Assembly (NCBI GenBank): GCA_036149055.1
Contig: JAYZQJ010000033.1
Location: 120,794-184,793, forward strand
DNA length: 64,000 nucleotides
Direction of reading: 5' to 3'
Source: Myxococcota bacterium
Lineage (GTDB): Bacteria; Myxococcota_A; Polyangia; Polyangiales; Sandaracinaceae
A program made the position numbers and the translations under genes. The notes beneath the pieces were generated by a model. It was given only the letters and a program-made list of their open reading frames with translations, was not told the origin of the DNA and ran no database searches. Below, piece after piece: positions 32,190 through 42,067 of the stretch. Each line of letters starts with the position of its first letter. Within the stretch, counting starts at the first letter, position 1.

Positions 32190-33380
32190 TCAGATCTGCC
32201 AACCCACCCAGGCGGTGGCGTGCCAGCCGGCGTCGTGCCCGGTGACCGCTCCGTCCGGGCGGCGGAAGGTCAGCTCGTAGTGGCGGAAGCCGACCTCTGC
32301 CGCCCAGGTGAAGCCCGGCTCGACGAGGCCATGGAGGCGCATCAGCCCGTCGACACCCCAGACGTCGTGGTCGCGCCCGTAGACGCTCTCGAGCTGCCCC
32401 ACGCCGAACGGGAAGCGCGCGCCGAGCTCCGCGTCGAGCACCAGCAGCCGGCCGAGCAGACGGAAGCCGCTGACGATCGCCGGCCGCAGGTGGAGGTACT
32501 CGGCGGTCGGCAGCAGCTCGTTGAACGCGAGCTCGTAGCGGTCCCAGCCGATCCCGAGCGCCGCGCCGAGCTCCACCTGGTCTTCGATCCACCAGCTCGC
32601 GCCGGCGTCGCCGCGGAAGCGCACGAACCAGGTGTCGAGCTGGCCGAGGCGCGGATCCTCACGCTCGCTCGTCAGGCCCACCGAGCTGCCGAACGACGCG
32701 CGCACGAACGCGACGTCGAAGAAGCGCGCCTCCGCGCGCGCGGTCAGCTCGAAGTACGGCTCGACGCGGTAGGCGGCGTCCACGCCGTCGGGCGAGAGCA
32801 GCTCCACGCTCCGGCTGCGCAGCCCCGCGCCGACCTGGAAGACCGCCCGCACCGGGAACGCCTCGGCGTCGGTCGGCGCGGCCGGAGGCGGGGACTCGGT
32901 CGGGGGCGCCTCCGAGACCGGGGGCGGAGCCTCGCGCGCCTCGTCGCTGCCCGGGTCGGCCAGCGGCTCGGCCGAGGGGGAGGCCGCGGTCGGCACCAGC
33001 TCGAGCTCGCCGGCGAGGCGGTCGACGAGGCGCGAGACGCCGCCCGCGCCCCGGACGCGCATGCGCACGCCGCCCTGCTCTCCCCCGGTCGCGTCGCGCA
33101 CCTGGAGGGTCACCTGGTACTGCCGGCGACGGGAGCGCACCCGCCCGGTCACGATGGCGCCCGCGCCCGCCTCGCGCGCCGCCGCGGCCAGGTCGTCCGG
33201 GGGGGCGGTCTCGGTGACCTCGAGCCCGCGCTCGCGCAGCCCCTCGACGATCAGCCGCTGCGCGACGGCGGCGCCCCGCCCCTCGAGCTCGACGAAGAGC
33301 ACGTGCTGCGCCTGCGCGGAGGCGAAGCTCGGCAGGAGCCAGCCCGAGACGAGGGCGGCGACGAGGAGGAGGCGCTGCAC
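32190..33380 (-). CDS. Secreted protein with probable C-terminal outer-membrane beta-barrel
   Basis: Sec signal (ASAQA), Pro-rich linker, amphipathic strands, terminal ATAWVGWQI. Confidence 0.6.
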   Translation of the reverse strand: MQRLLLVAALVSGWLLPSFASAQAQHVLFVELEGRGAAVAQRLIVEGLRERGLEVTETAPPDDLAAAAREAGAGAIVTGRVRSRRRQYQVTLQVRDATGGEQGGVRMRVRGAGGVSRLVDRLAGELELVPTAASPSAEPLADPGSDEAREAPPPVSEAPPTESPPPAAPTDAEAFPVRAVFQVGAGLRSRSVELLSPDGVDAAYRVEPYFELTARAEARFFDVAFVRASFGSSVGLTSEREDPRLGQLDTWFVRFRGDAGASWWIEDQVELGAALGIGWDRYELAFNELLPTAEYLHLRPAIVSGFRLLGRLLVLDAELGARFPFGVGQLESVYGRDHDVWGVDGLMRLHGLVEPGFTWAAEVGFRHYELTFRRPDGAVTGHDAGWHATAWVGWQI

Positions 33381-33401
33381 CGGGCGCGACAGTACCGCGC
33401 T

Positions 33402-34178
33402 TCAGTCCGCCAGATCGACCCAGACCGGCGCGTGATCGCTCGGGGTGAGCCCCTCGACCTTCTTGCGCCAGTCGCGCTCGACGTGGACGTCCTCGACCCG
33501 GGCGGCGAGGGGCGCGGTCACGAGCACCAGGTCGATGCGCAGGCCCTGCCGCTTGTGGAAGGCGCCGGCGCGGTAGTCCCACCAGCTGTGCCCGGGCTCC
33601 TCCGGCTTGGTCTCCCGCCACGCGTCGACGAAGCCCCAGTCGAGCAGGCGCGCCATGCGCTGACGCTCCTCGTCGGTGTGGAAGATGTTCCCGGCGAGCT
33701 TCTTCTCGTTCCAGGAGTCGATCGGCGCCGGCACGATGTTGAAGTCCCCGGTGAGCACGAGCGGCTCGTCCGGGCGGTGCTGCGACTCGACGTAGTCGGA
33801 GAGCGCGTCGTACCAGGCGAGCTTCCCCTGGAAGTCCTCGTGGTCGATCGTCTTGCCGTTCGGGCAGTAGACGGTGATGAAGGTCATGCCTCCGGTCTTC
33901 ACCGACAGGAGACGCGCCCCGACCGACTCCTGACCGGGCAGACCCCGCTGCACCACCTCGGCGTCGCCCTTGCTGAGCACGGCGACCCCGTTCCAGCTCT
34001 TCTGGCCGTGGGTCACGACCTGGTAGCCGAGCTCGGTGAAGGCGTCGTGCGGGAACTTCTCGTCCTCCATCTTGAGCTCCTGAAAGCCCACGACGTCGGG
34101 ATCGACCGCGCGCAGCCAGTGCTGCACGTAGTCGATCCGGGCCCGCATTCCGTTGATGTTCCAGGTCGCGATGCGCAT
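33402..34178 (-). CDS. xth: Exodeoxyribonuclease III
   Basis: MRIATWNING, QELK, GDFNI, SWWDYR, GLRID, SDHAPV. Confidence 0.96.
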   Translation of the reverse strand: MRIATWNINGMRARIDYVQHWLRAVDPDVVGFQELKMEDEKFPHDAFTELGYQVVTHGQKSWNGVAVLSKGDAEVVQRGLPGQESVGARLLSVKTGGMTFITVYCPNGKTIDHEDFQGKLAWYDALSDYVESQHRPDEPLVLTGDFNIVPAPIDSWNEKKLAGNIFHTDEERQRMARLLDWGFVDAWRETKPEEPGHSWWDYRAGAFHKRQGLRIDLVLVTAPLAARVEDVHVERDWRKKVEGLTPSDHAPVWVDLAD

Positions 34179-34199
34179 GCGGCCCGTCTTACGGGCAGC

Positions 34200-35585
34200 T
34201 CAGGTCCGCAGCAAGGCCGGGATGGGGCCCACGCGGAGATCCGCGCGATCCTCCTCGAGCCCGGCGTCGACCAGCAGCGTGCGCCAGATGTGCTCCGGGT
34301 AGACGATCTGTCCCGCGACGTCGTCCTCGGTGACCCGGCCGGTCGCGAGATCGACGAGCTGCGGGGCCATGCCGATGTCGCTCGAGGCGCCGATCACGCC
34401 CGGCGCGACGTTGCCGCCGAGCAGGACGCAGCTGTTGGTCAGCCAGTGGTCCCGGCCGCCGCGCGCGTTGAGGAGCGGGGTGCGCATGAACTCGCTGAAG
34501 GCGCAGATCACGGTCCGGTCGAGCATCGACTCGCCGGTGTCGCGGTAGGGCGTCTCCTGCAGATGGAGCGCGAGGCGCGCGATGGCGTCGAAGCCCTCGT
34601 ACTGCCGCGGCCCGTGCTCGTCTTCCCAGTCGTCGAAGTGGGCGTCGAGCCCGCGCGCCGCCTCGATGGTGACCACCCGCGCCACCCCGTTCGTCAGCGC
34701 CTGGTAGGCCAGCGCGGCCTGAGCCCCCGAGCTGCTCAGCTCGTTGGTGCCGAAGCCGTAGCGGTCGCGCATCGGCTCCATCTCGTCGGTGCGGAAGTCG
34801 AAGAGCGACTGCACGTCCGCCTCCATGACCGTCCGCATGCGCACCCGCGCCGACTCGCTCGTGCGGAGGATCGGCGACGAGAGGTTTCGCGCGCAGCTCG
34901 ACTCCTCGAAGTGGTGGTCGGCGATGGCGAGATCCAGCGCCTCCTCCATCGTCGGGTCCTGCCGGCGCAGCAGCTCCACCATGTCGGAGGCGCTGCCCAC
35001 CCGGAGCGCGCTCGCCTCGGGCGGCAGCTCGGGGTTGAACGACTCGACGCGCACCGAGAGGTTCGGGATGAGCCGACGCCCGCCGAACTGCGCGGCCAGC
35101 CAGGAGGAGCCGCTCGACCCGCGCGCCTGGAGACCGGAAGGCGGCTTGCCGGTGAGGAAGCGGCGGCGGCCCACCTCGTGGGTGAGGGTGTCCATGCTCA
35201 TGCCGCGCACGATCGCGAGCCGATCGGCGAGGGCGTCGAGCGGGCGCGCCGCGGGACCGAGCAGGATCTCGGTGCCCGGCGCGAAGGCCGGGGCCTCCTG
35301 GAAGCGCACCTCGGACTGGTGATCGTAGCCGGGCTGGATGCGGGTGGCGCCGAGGTTCTCCTCGTTGAACACCGCCGGGTTCCTCGGGTCGATGCCGAGG
35401 AGCACGTCCCAGCCGCCGCTGAAGTAGGCGAAGACGTAGAAGCGCTCGTCCGCCTCCTCGTCCTGCCCGGACGCCAGCCGCGAGAGCGCGCCGAGGCCGC
35501 TCGCGCCGAGGCCGGCCGCGCCGCCCGCGAGCAGCACGTTCCGCATGAACTTCCGACGACCCAGCTCGTTGTGATGATCGCTCAT
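34200..35585 (-). CDS. DUF1501-family Tat-exported protein
   Basis: GRRKFM Tat motif; FSGGWD, DAH, FSEFMRTP, GRDHW, LGGNV. Confidence 0.85.
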   Translation of the reverse strand: MSDHHNELGRRKFMRNVLLAGGAAGLGASGLGALSRLASGQDEEADERFYVFAYFSGGWDVLLGIDPRNPAVFNEENLGATRIQPGYDHQSEVRFQEAPAFAPGTEILLGPAARPLDALADRLAIVRGMSMDTLTHEVGRRRFLTGKPPSGLQARGSSGSSWLAAQFGGRRLIPNLSVRVESFNPELPPEASALRVGSASDMVELLRRQDPTMEEALDLAIADHHFEESSCARNLSSPILRTSESARVRMRTVMEADVQSLFDFRTDEMEPMRDRYGFGTNELSSSGAQAALAYQALTNGVARVVTIEAARGLDAHFDDWEDEHGPRQYEGFDAIARLALHLQETPYRDTGESMLDRTVICAFSEFMRTPLLNARGGRDHWLTNSCVLLGGNVAPGVIGASSDIGMAPQLVDLATGRVTEDDVAGQIVYPEHIWRTLLVDAGLEEDRADLRVGPIPALLRT

Positions 35586-35592
35586 GATCGCC

Positions 35593-36261
35593 TCAGTAGG
35601 TGTAGAAGTCCGGGTGGGTGACGAGCGCGACGCAGACGCCCTCCCAGGCGCGCTTCGGCGGCAGCTCGGCCTCGGTCGCCGCCTCGGTCAGGCGCGCGCT
35701 CAGCAGGCGCCACGGCTCGAGCTCCGGGCTGGAGGCCTCGACGCGTCGCCCGTGGAAGCGGAGGAGCAGGTCCGAGAGCGCCGCGTCGATCTCGGCGTCG
35801 GTCGGCGGGGTCTCGCGGGTCAGGTCGACCGGCGCGAAGGTGCCCTGCGGGCCGCCCTCGTACTCCGGCCCGTCGCCCGCCTCGCGATCGGCGACCCGTC
35901 GGCAGGCGGAGCGCGCGGCGTCGTCGAGGAACTTCTGGAAGAGCAGCGAGACGGTGAGGTCCTCGCTGGTCGAGTTGACGTAGTCCGGCACGCCGAGCGT
36001 GTCGGAGTAGGCGCTGAAGTAGCGGGTGCGGACGGTGCCGTCCGAGTTCATGCGCTCCCAGCCGATGCCGCCCGTCACCGCGCGGAGCGAGGCCTCGAGC
36101 TGGTCGACGTCCATGCGTCGACGCTCGCGCCAGGGATCGGTGCCGAGGTCGACCTCCTCGCCGTCCTCGAACTCGTGCCCCTCGTGGTCGATGGGCACCG
36201 AGCCGCTGCAGGACGCGACGAGCAGCGAGGCCAGGGCCCACCAGATGGAGTGCGTACGCAT
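35593..36261 (-). CDS. Lipoprotein of the DUF1501/DUF1585-type cluster
   Basis: LLVASC lipobox; ends CVALVTHPDFYTY; TGATG coupling with the upstream gene. Confidence 0.8.
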   Translation of the reverse strand: MRTHSIWWALASLLVASCSGSVPIDHEGHEFEDGEEVDLGTDPWRERRRMDVDQLEASLRAVTGGIGWERMNSDGTVRTRYFSAYSDTLGVPDYVNSTSEDLTVSLLFQKFLDDAARSACRRVADREAGDGPEYEGGPQGTFAPVDLTRETPPTDAEIDAALSDLLLRFHGRRVEASSPELEPWRLLSARLTEAATEAELPPKRAWEGVCVALVTHPDFYTY

Positions 36262-37886
36262 CAGAGGGCCCTCCGGTAGGTCTCGCTGGTCACGATGACC
36301 CGGACCAGCTCGCGGTAGCGGAAGTCTCCGTCGGTGAACTCCGCCGTGACCTCGCGCGCCCAGTCCTGCTCCTCCTCGCGGAGCTCGCGCCCGAGGAGCC
36401 ACTCGGCGGTGCGGCGGACCGAGCAGGCGGTGAAGCGCCCGTCCGCGAGGCCCTGGCGGACCAGCGCCGCCGGCCCGGTCTCGACGTTCGGTCGGTGCTC
36501 GTCCCGCAGGAACTCGAACGCGCGCAGGCGACCGAGGTAGGGCTCCTCCTCGGGGGAGAGCGCGCGGGTCACGTAGTTGAACCGGCAGAGATCGCTGCAC
36601 GGCTCGAGGCCCACGCCGCAGTCTCGGCACTCCTCGCGGAACTCGGGATAGACGCCCGGGTCGAGGAAGCCGCCGCCCTGCTGCGTCCAGCGCCCCCAGT
36701 GGGCCGCCGCCGGCTCGAGGATGGCGTGGCAGTAGTTGCAGCCCGGCCGCTGCTGCACGTCCGGGTTCGCCTGCGCGACCTCGTCGTCGAGCGGGATGCC
36801 GCCCTCCGGCGGCTGGAACGGCTCGCAGAGGAAGGCGTCGTAGAACCGGTTGGCGCGCGCGCGGTTGGTCTGGAAGCGGAGGAGGAAGACCGGGTGGGTC
36901 AGCAGCCCCGAGTGGGCCTCCGGCAGCTCGATCTCGCGCCAGGCCGCCTCGTCGGCGAAGGCGACCGCGCCGCCCTCGATGTCGGTCACCGGCAGGCTGT
37001 CCACGTCGAGCGACGCGGGGACCAGCTGCACGTTGTTGTAGATGTCCTTGTGGTGACGCCAGTAGTAGGCGAGCGGGCCGTTGACGAACGCGCGGCGCGA
37101 GGTCAGCAGCGCGTGGTAGGGCTCGTCGGCCGCGACGTGAGCGGCCACGCGCCGCTCGAGCTCCTCGGCGAACGAGTCGAGCACCGTGTTGCGCACCGCG
37201 GTGGTGCCGCACCAGCGGAGGTTCGGGCCGCAGCCGCAGCCGGGGTCACCGATGGCCGCCCGGGTCGAGCAGTCGTTGCCGCTCGGGGAGACGGCCTGCT
37301 CCTGCGCGTCGAGCGCGCACACGCGGATCTCGGTGCCGGGCGCCCAGTAGGGCTCCACCGTCACGTAGCCCTCGCGCCCGTCCGCGTCGGTCTCGATGCT
37401 GCCGTCGGGGGCGAAGGTGGCGGGCTCGTTCCGACAGCCGCGGGTGGTGTCGCCGCGGTAGGCGAGGCGGGTCGACGAGGTCGACTGGTGCCACACGCGC
37501 GGGCTGCCGGAGCCGTCGACGTTGGCGTTGCTCAGGTTTCGCCGGAAGTGATAGAGGCGCGTGACGTTGTCGATGTTCGGCCAGAGCAGCTCGCGGTGCC
37601 GCCGGACCACGCGGTCCTGGAACGCCTCCGTCTGGAGCCACTCGTCGACCAGGACCTCGGCGCCCTCGGCGCGCATGCGCTCGTGCTCCTCGGGCGAGGG
37701 CACGACGCCGCGCAGGTCGAGGCTGAGCGCGCGCAGGTAGCCGTCGTCGTCGAGACGGGTCTGCTGCGGGCGACAGAGCGCCGGGTCGAGGCACTCCGCC
37801 GACGCGGGCGTGAGCCAGAGGGCGGCGCCGAGGCCCGCGCCCAGAAGGGCGGCGAGCGACAGCGACGCGGTGAGCCAACGTTTCAT
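36261..37886 (-). CDS. DUF1585/DUF1549-like secreted Cys-rich protein with a CxxCH heme motif
   Basis: YLRALSLDLRG, SGLLTHP, NRARAN, CNYCH, FTACSVRR...SETYRR. Confidence 0.78.
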   Translation of the reverse strand: MKRWLTASLSLAALLGAGLGAALWLTPASAECLDPALCRPQQTRLDDDGYLRALSLDLRGVVPSPEEHERMRAEGAEVLVDEWLQTEAFQDRVVRRHRELLWPNIDNVTRLYHFRRNLSNANVDGSGSPRVWHQSTSSTRLAYRGDTTRGCRNEPATFAPDGSIETDADGREGYVTVEPYWAPGTEIRVCALDAQEQAVSPSGNDCSTRAAIGDPGCGCGPNLRWCGTTAVRNTVLDSFAEELERRVAAHVAADEPYHALLTSRRAFVNGPLAYYWRHHKDIYNNVQLVPASLDVDSLPVTDIEGGAVAFADEAAWREIELPEAHSGLLTHPVFLLRFQTNRARANRFYDAFLCEPFQPPEGGIPLDDEVAQANPDVQQRPGCNYCHAILEPAAAHWGRWTQQGGGFLDPGVYPEFREECRDCGVGLEPCSDLCRFNYVTRALSPEEEPYLGRLRAFEFLRDEHRPNVETGPAALVRQGLADGRFTACSVRRTAEWLLGRELREEEQDWAREVTAEFTDGDFRYRELVRVIVTSETYRRAL

Positions 37887-37900
37887 GGGACCAGCCTCCC

Positions 37901-39325
37901 TCACTCCGGATACCCCGCGACCCGCCACGCCTCGATCAGCGCGACCTCGCGCTGGGTGAGCGGCGGGCGACCGAGGGGCATCCGGCCCTCGACCACATTC
38001 GTCAGGATCAGATCGTAGATCTCCTGCCAGTGCGAGGACGCGTCGAGCCGCGTGTTCGCCGGCCCCTCCGGGCCGTGGCAGGAGGCGCAGTAGCCCTGGT
38101 ACAGCGGCTCCACGTCCTCGCTCCAGGTCGCGCTCGTGACGACCTCGAACGATCGGCGGACCGCGATCGGCAGCGTGCCGTCGTCGTAGGTGACGCGGAC
38201 CTCGAGCGCGTAGCTCCCGTCGCCCAGCTCGGCCGGGTCGACGGCGACGCGCGTCGGGTCGGCGAGGACCTCGACCGGCTGCCCGTCGATGAACGCCTCC
38301 ACCTCGGGCGCGCCCTCGGCCAGGATCACGAACTCGCGCTCGGTCACCAGGAGCGACGCGTCACCCGGGCCGTCGACCTCCACCTCGCGGCGGGGCGAGA
38401 AGCGGCGCACGCCGGCGGGCCCGGAGGTGAAGAGCGCGCCCCCGGGCCCGAGCGCGACGGCCTCGTCCCCGTCGAGCGTCACGCCCTCCACCCGGTGAAT
38501 GCGCCCGTCGGCGTGGAGGTGCGCGTCGCCGTCGGCGCTCCAGAACCAGGCGACGTCCGAGAGCGGCGAGGCGAGCAGGCGCTCCACCTCGACCCCGAGA
38601 TCGCGGAGCGCGCGGTCGCCGCTCAGCTGGTGGAGCCGGCCGTCGAGCACGAGCCAGCCGTTGAGCGCGGCGTCGCCGCCGATCGCGGTCGGTGGCGCGG
38701 GCAGCCCGAGGGACGCGGTGCGCACCACGCCGGTCCGATCGCGCCAGACCTCGAGCACCCGATCCGGGAGCCGCACCCAGAGCGCGGGGCCCTCGGGGCG
38801 CGGCGCGACGGCGAGCTCGGACATGGAGAGGTCCTCGTCGAGCGAGAGCCGCATCGCGCGCGGCCCGGCGTCCTCGTCGATCACCCGGTAGAGCGAGCGG
38901 TCGGTCACGATCCAGAGATCGCCCGCGCCCCGCCCGGTCCGGGTGGGCAGCAGGACCGCGTCCCGGATGGCGCCGTCCAGGCTGTCGGCCAGCGGCGAGG
39001 GCACCCAGGCGGCGCCCCGGAGGATGAAGGTGCCGCCGCTCGCGAGCACCAGGGTGGCTCCGTCGCTGGGCAGCGCCGCGTGGACCTCGCCGACCTCCGC
39101 CGCCGGGCCGATGACCACCGGCTCGAGCTCGGGGCGGCGGGGATCGAGCAGCAGGAGCCTCGCGTCGCGCTCGACGATCAGCCGGCCGTCGGGCAGCGGG
39201 ACGAGGTTGGCGCTCTCGGTGTCGAGCACCGCGCTCTCGGAGGGGCGCACCACGCCACCCTCCCCTCCTCCGCAGGAGGCGAGCGACATCATCAGCGCCA
39301 TCGCGCACGCCCGCACCATCACCAC
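37901..39325 (-). CDS. Lipoprotein with propeller/Ig-like region and C-terminal cytochrome c domain
   Basis: LASC lipobox; C-terminal CASCHG...RMP...W. Confidence 0.78.
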   Translation of the reverse strand: MVMVRACAMALMMSLASCGGGEGGVVRPSESAVLDTESANLVPLPDGRLIVERDARLLLLDPRRPELEPVVIGPAAEVGEVHAALPSDGATLVLASGGTFILRGAAWVPSPLADSLDGAIRDAVLLPTRTGRGAGDLWIVTDRSLYRVIDEDAGPRAMRLSLDEDLSMSELAVAPRPEGPALWVRLPDRVLEVWRDRTGVVRTASLGLPAPPTAIGGDAALNGWLVLDGRLHQLSGDRALRDLGVEVERLLASPLSDVAWFWSADGDAHLHADGRIHRVEGVTLDGDEAVALGPGGALFTSGPAGVRRFSPRREVEVDGPGDASLLVTEREFVILAEGAPEVEAFIDGQPVEVLADPTRVAVDPAELGDGSYALEVRVTYDDGTLPIAVRRSFEVVTSATWSEDVEPLYQGYCASCHGPEGPANTRLDASSHWQEIYDLILTNVVEGRMPLGRPPLTQREVALIEAWRVAGYPE

Positions 39326-39379
39326 CTCGCCGGGGTGCAGGATAGAGGAGTTGGCAGTCCGGGTGTAGGGGGGTGGCCG

Positions 39380-39970
39380 CTAACCTCGCTCGCGGCCGCG
39401 ATACACGAAAGCGAGGGCCACGAAGGGCGAGACCAGCATGATCGACGCGGCCACCACCCAGGAGCCGGGCAGCGGGCCGATGGTCGCCGCCTCGAAGAAC
39501 GAGCCCCCCATGAGGTGCAGCTTGAGCAGCCACGCCGAGTAGAGGAGGCCGATGACCCAGAGGTAGTTGCGGCGCATGCGCACGCTCATCGCTTGCAGGA
39601 GCGAGACCGGCGGCTTCGGCCGCCGCAGGCTCTCGCCGAGCTCCGCCTCCCACTCGACCGGCGGGTGCAGCTCGAGCAGGTCGCCGTAGAAGCCGCGCTC
39701 GAGGAGACGGACCCGGAGGCGGATCAGCTCGAAGACCTGGAAGCGGCGCGCCTCGATCCAGGCGAACACCAGCCCCATCAGCACGCCGAGCACGAGCACG
39801 AAGTGGGGCGCTCCGTCGTGGCCGAGCGCGAAGGAGATCAGCGCCGCCGCGGTGCCGATCGCCCAGTTGGTGGTCGTGTCCAGGCGCACCCGGTAGGTGA
39901 CCATGCGCTGCAGCTCGCCACGGTAGAGGTGGATGAGCGCGGTGTTGACGTCTCTCTGATCGAAATCCAT
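39380..39970 (-). CDS. DUF2270-family membrane protein
   Basis: HLYRGEL...RLDTTTNWA...IEARRF...RMRRNY. Confidence 0.88.
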   Translation of the reverse strand: MDFDQRDVNTALIHLYRGELQRMVTYRVRLDTTTNWAIGTAAALISFALGHDGAPHFVLVLGVLMGLVFAWIEARRFQVFELIRLRVRLLERGFYGDLLELHPPVEWEAELGESLRRPKPPVSLLQAMSVRMRRNYLWVIGLLYSAWLLKLHLMGGSFFEAATIGPLPGSWVVAASIMLVSPFVALAFVYRGRERG

Positions 39971-39976
39971 GAGTCC

Positions 39977-42010
39977 TCAGGAACGAGCCTGCTCCAGCGC
40001 CTCGACGAGGCGCGGAGGGTCGAACGGCTTCACGAGGCAGGGGGCATCGGGCAGCTCGGCGGGCGCGCCGAGCCCGCTGGCGAGCAGCACGGGCAGGTCC
40101 GGGGCGATCCGCGTGAGCTCCCGGTAGGCGGTCACGCCGTCGACCTCGGGCATGTCGACGTCCAGGATCACGGCGTCGATCTCGGCGGCGTGCGCCCGGT
40201 ACGTCGCGATCGCCTCCGCGCCGTCGCGCGCGCGCAGCACCCGCCAGCCTCGCGACTCGAGCGCGCGGGCCGCGACCTCGAGGACCGCGGGCTGATCGTC
40301 GGCCACGAGCACGGTGCCGGGAGGCGGCGCCGAGCGAGGGCCTGAGCGGCGGGCGTCCGAGGGCGCGTCGCGCTCGGGGAAGAGCACCGTGAACGTCGTG
40401 CCCCGCTCCGGCTCGCTCTCGACGCGCAGCGCGCCCCGATGGACGCGGGCGATCCCGAGCGTGGAGGCGAGGCCGAGCCCCCGGCCCAGCCCCTTGGTGC
40501 TGAAGAAGGGCTCGAACACCCGGCCGCGGGTGTCGGCGTCCATGCCGCGGCCGTCGTCCGTCACCTCGAGGGCGAAGTAGCGGCCGGGCTCCCGCTCGTC
40601 GCCGAACACGCAGCCGCGGAGGTATTCGGCGTCGACGTCGACCCGGCGGAGCGACACGCCGATCCGCCCGGCGCGCCCGCCGATCGCGTCGCGCGCGTTG
40701 AGCAGGAGGTTCATCGCGACCTGCTGCACCTGCGACTCGTCCACGATGGCGGGCGGGAGCTCGGGCTCCACCTCCACCGCGAGCTCGATCTTCTGCGGGA
40801 TCGATCCCCGGACGAGCTGCACCGTCTCCTCCACCAGCGCCCCCAGATCCAGCGCGCGGGGCCGCCGGCGGGTGCCGCCCGCGTAGTCGAGGAGCTGCTG
40901 GCAGAGCGTGGCCGCCCGGCCCGCGGCGACGTCGATGTCGCGGAGACAGCGCGCGTTCTCGGGGTCGAGGGTGGCGGTCTCCCGGACCATCGCGGCGTTG
41001 CCCTCGATGACGGTGAGCAGGTTGTTGAAGTCGTGCGCGACGCCGCCGGCGAGGACGCCGAGGGTCTCGAGGTGCGAGGCGCGCTCGGCGCGGGCCTGGG
41101 CGCTCACTCGCTCCCGCTCGGCCGCGTCCCGCTCGGCGACCGCGGCCGCGAGGATGGTCGCCGCCAGCCCGATGCTCGTCACGTAGGCCCAGAGGAGCAG
41201 CAGCCCCCGGTGGGTGTCGCCCACGTCGGTGAAGGGGCCCTCGTCCGCCGCGGTGCCGCCGACCGCGAGCACACCGATCAACCCGGCGATGAGCACGGCG
41301 CCGCGGGGCCCGGCCCGGAGACCGGCGAAGATCACCAGCGGGAAGGCGGCGTAGGCGACCAGCCGCTCCAGCCAGCGATCGCCGAGGCCGCCCGAGAACA
41401 CCGCGCCGGACAGGAGCAGGGCCAGCGCGACCGCCACCCACACCTCGCCCCGCCGCGCGAGCGAGCGCCAGGACGGCGCGCCCTTCGCCACCACGAACGC
41501 CACCGGCGCCACCACCGCCGCCGCGCCGAGATCGCCGAGCCACCACTCGAGCCAGACCACCCCGACCGGGCTCCCCTCCAGGCGCCCGGCGGCGGAGAGG
41601 GTGACGGCGGCCACGGTCGCGCTGATCGCGCACGCCGCCAGCCCGGTCGCCGCGTAGACGAGCACGTCCCGCAGCCGATCGAGCTCCGGCCGGAACCCGG
41701 CGACCCGCAGCAGGCTGGCCGCGGCGAGGGCCTCGAGCGTGTTGCCCACCGCGATCGCCACGGCGACCCACCCGGGGGACCCCACCCAGAGGTTCACCGC
41801 GAGCGCGCCGAGGAGCACGCCCGGCCAGAGGCGCCGGCCGCCGAGCACCAGGGCCGCGATCGAGAGCCCGGTGGGCGGCCACACCAGGGTCGCGTTGCTC
41901 TGCACCAGCGCGAGCTCCAGCCCGAGCCGACCCAGCGCCACGTACGCCACCGCCAGCGCGAGCATGGCCGCGGCGAGGGGCAGCGCGCGGAGCTCGCGGG
42001 CGCTCGACAT
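39977..42010 (-). CDS. MASE1-domain hybrid histidine kinase
   Basis: VWPPTG, GNTLEA, WWLGD (MASE1); AHDFNNLL, NARDA, GRGLGL; receiver. Real start is ATG 42010. Confidence 0.9.
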   Translation of the reverse strand: MSSARELRALPLAAAMLALAVAYVALGRLGLELALVQSNATLVWPPTGLSIAALVLGGRRLWPGVLLGALAVNLWVGSPGWVAVAIAVGNTLEALAAASLLRVAGFRPELDRLRDVLVYAATGLAACAISATVAAVTLSAAGRLEGSPVGVVWLEWWLGDLGAAAVVAPVAFVVAKGAPSWRSLARRGEVWVAVALALLLSGAVFSGGLGDRWLERLVAYAAFPLVIFAGLRAGPRGAVLIAGLIGVLAVGGTAADEGPFTDVGDTHRGLLLLWAYVTSIGLAATILAAAVAERDAAERERVSAQARAERASHLETLGVLAGGVAHDFNNLLTVIEGNAAMVRETATLDPENARCLRDIDVAAGRAATLCQQLLDYAGGTRRRPRALDLGALVEETVQLVRGSIPQKIELAVEVEPELPPAIVDESQVQQVAMNLLLNARDAIGGRAGRIGVSLRRVDVDAEYLRGCVFGDEREPGRYFALEVTDDGRGMDADTRGRVFEPFFSTKGLGRGLGLASTLGIARVHRGALRVESEPERGTTFTVLFPERDAPSDARRSGPRSAPPPGTVLVADDQPAVLEVAARALESRGWRVLRARDGAEAIATYRAHAAEIDAVILDVDMPEVDGVTAYRELTRIAPDLPVLLASGLGAPAELPDAPCLVKPFDPPRLVEALEQARS

Positions 42011-42067
42011 GGCCGCCAACTTAAAGCGACGGACCCGCAGGGGGAAGCGGGTGTAGGCTCGAACCCG

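Noticed and set aside
31993..38018. Long plus-strand ORFs 32031-35621 and 36495-38018
   Set aside because: Antisense shadows of the minus-strand xth/DUF1501 gene run.
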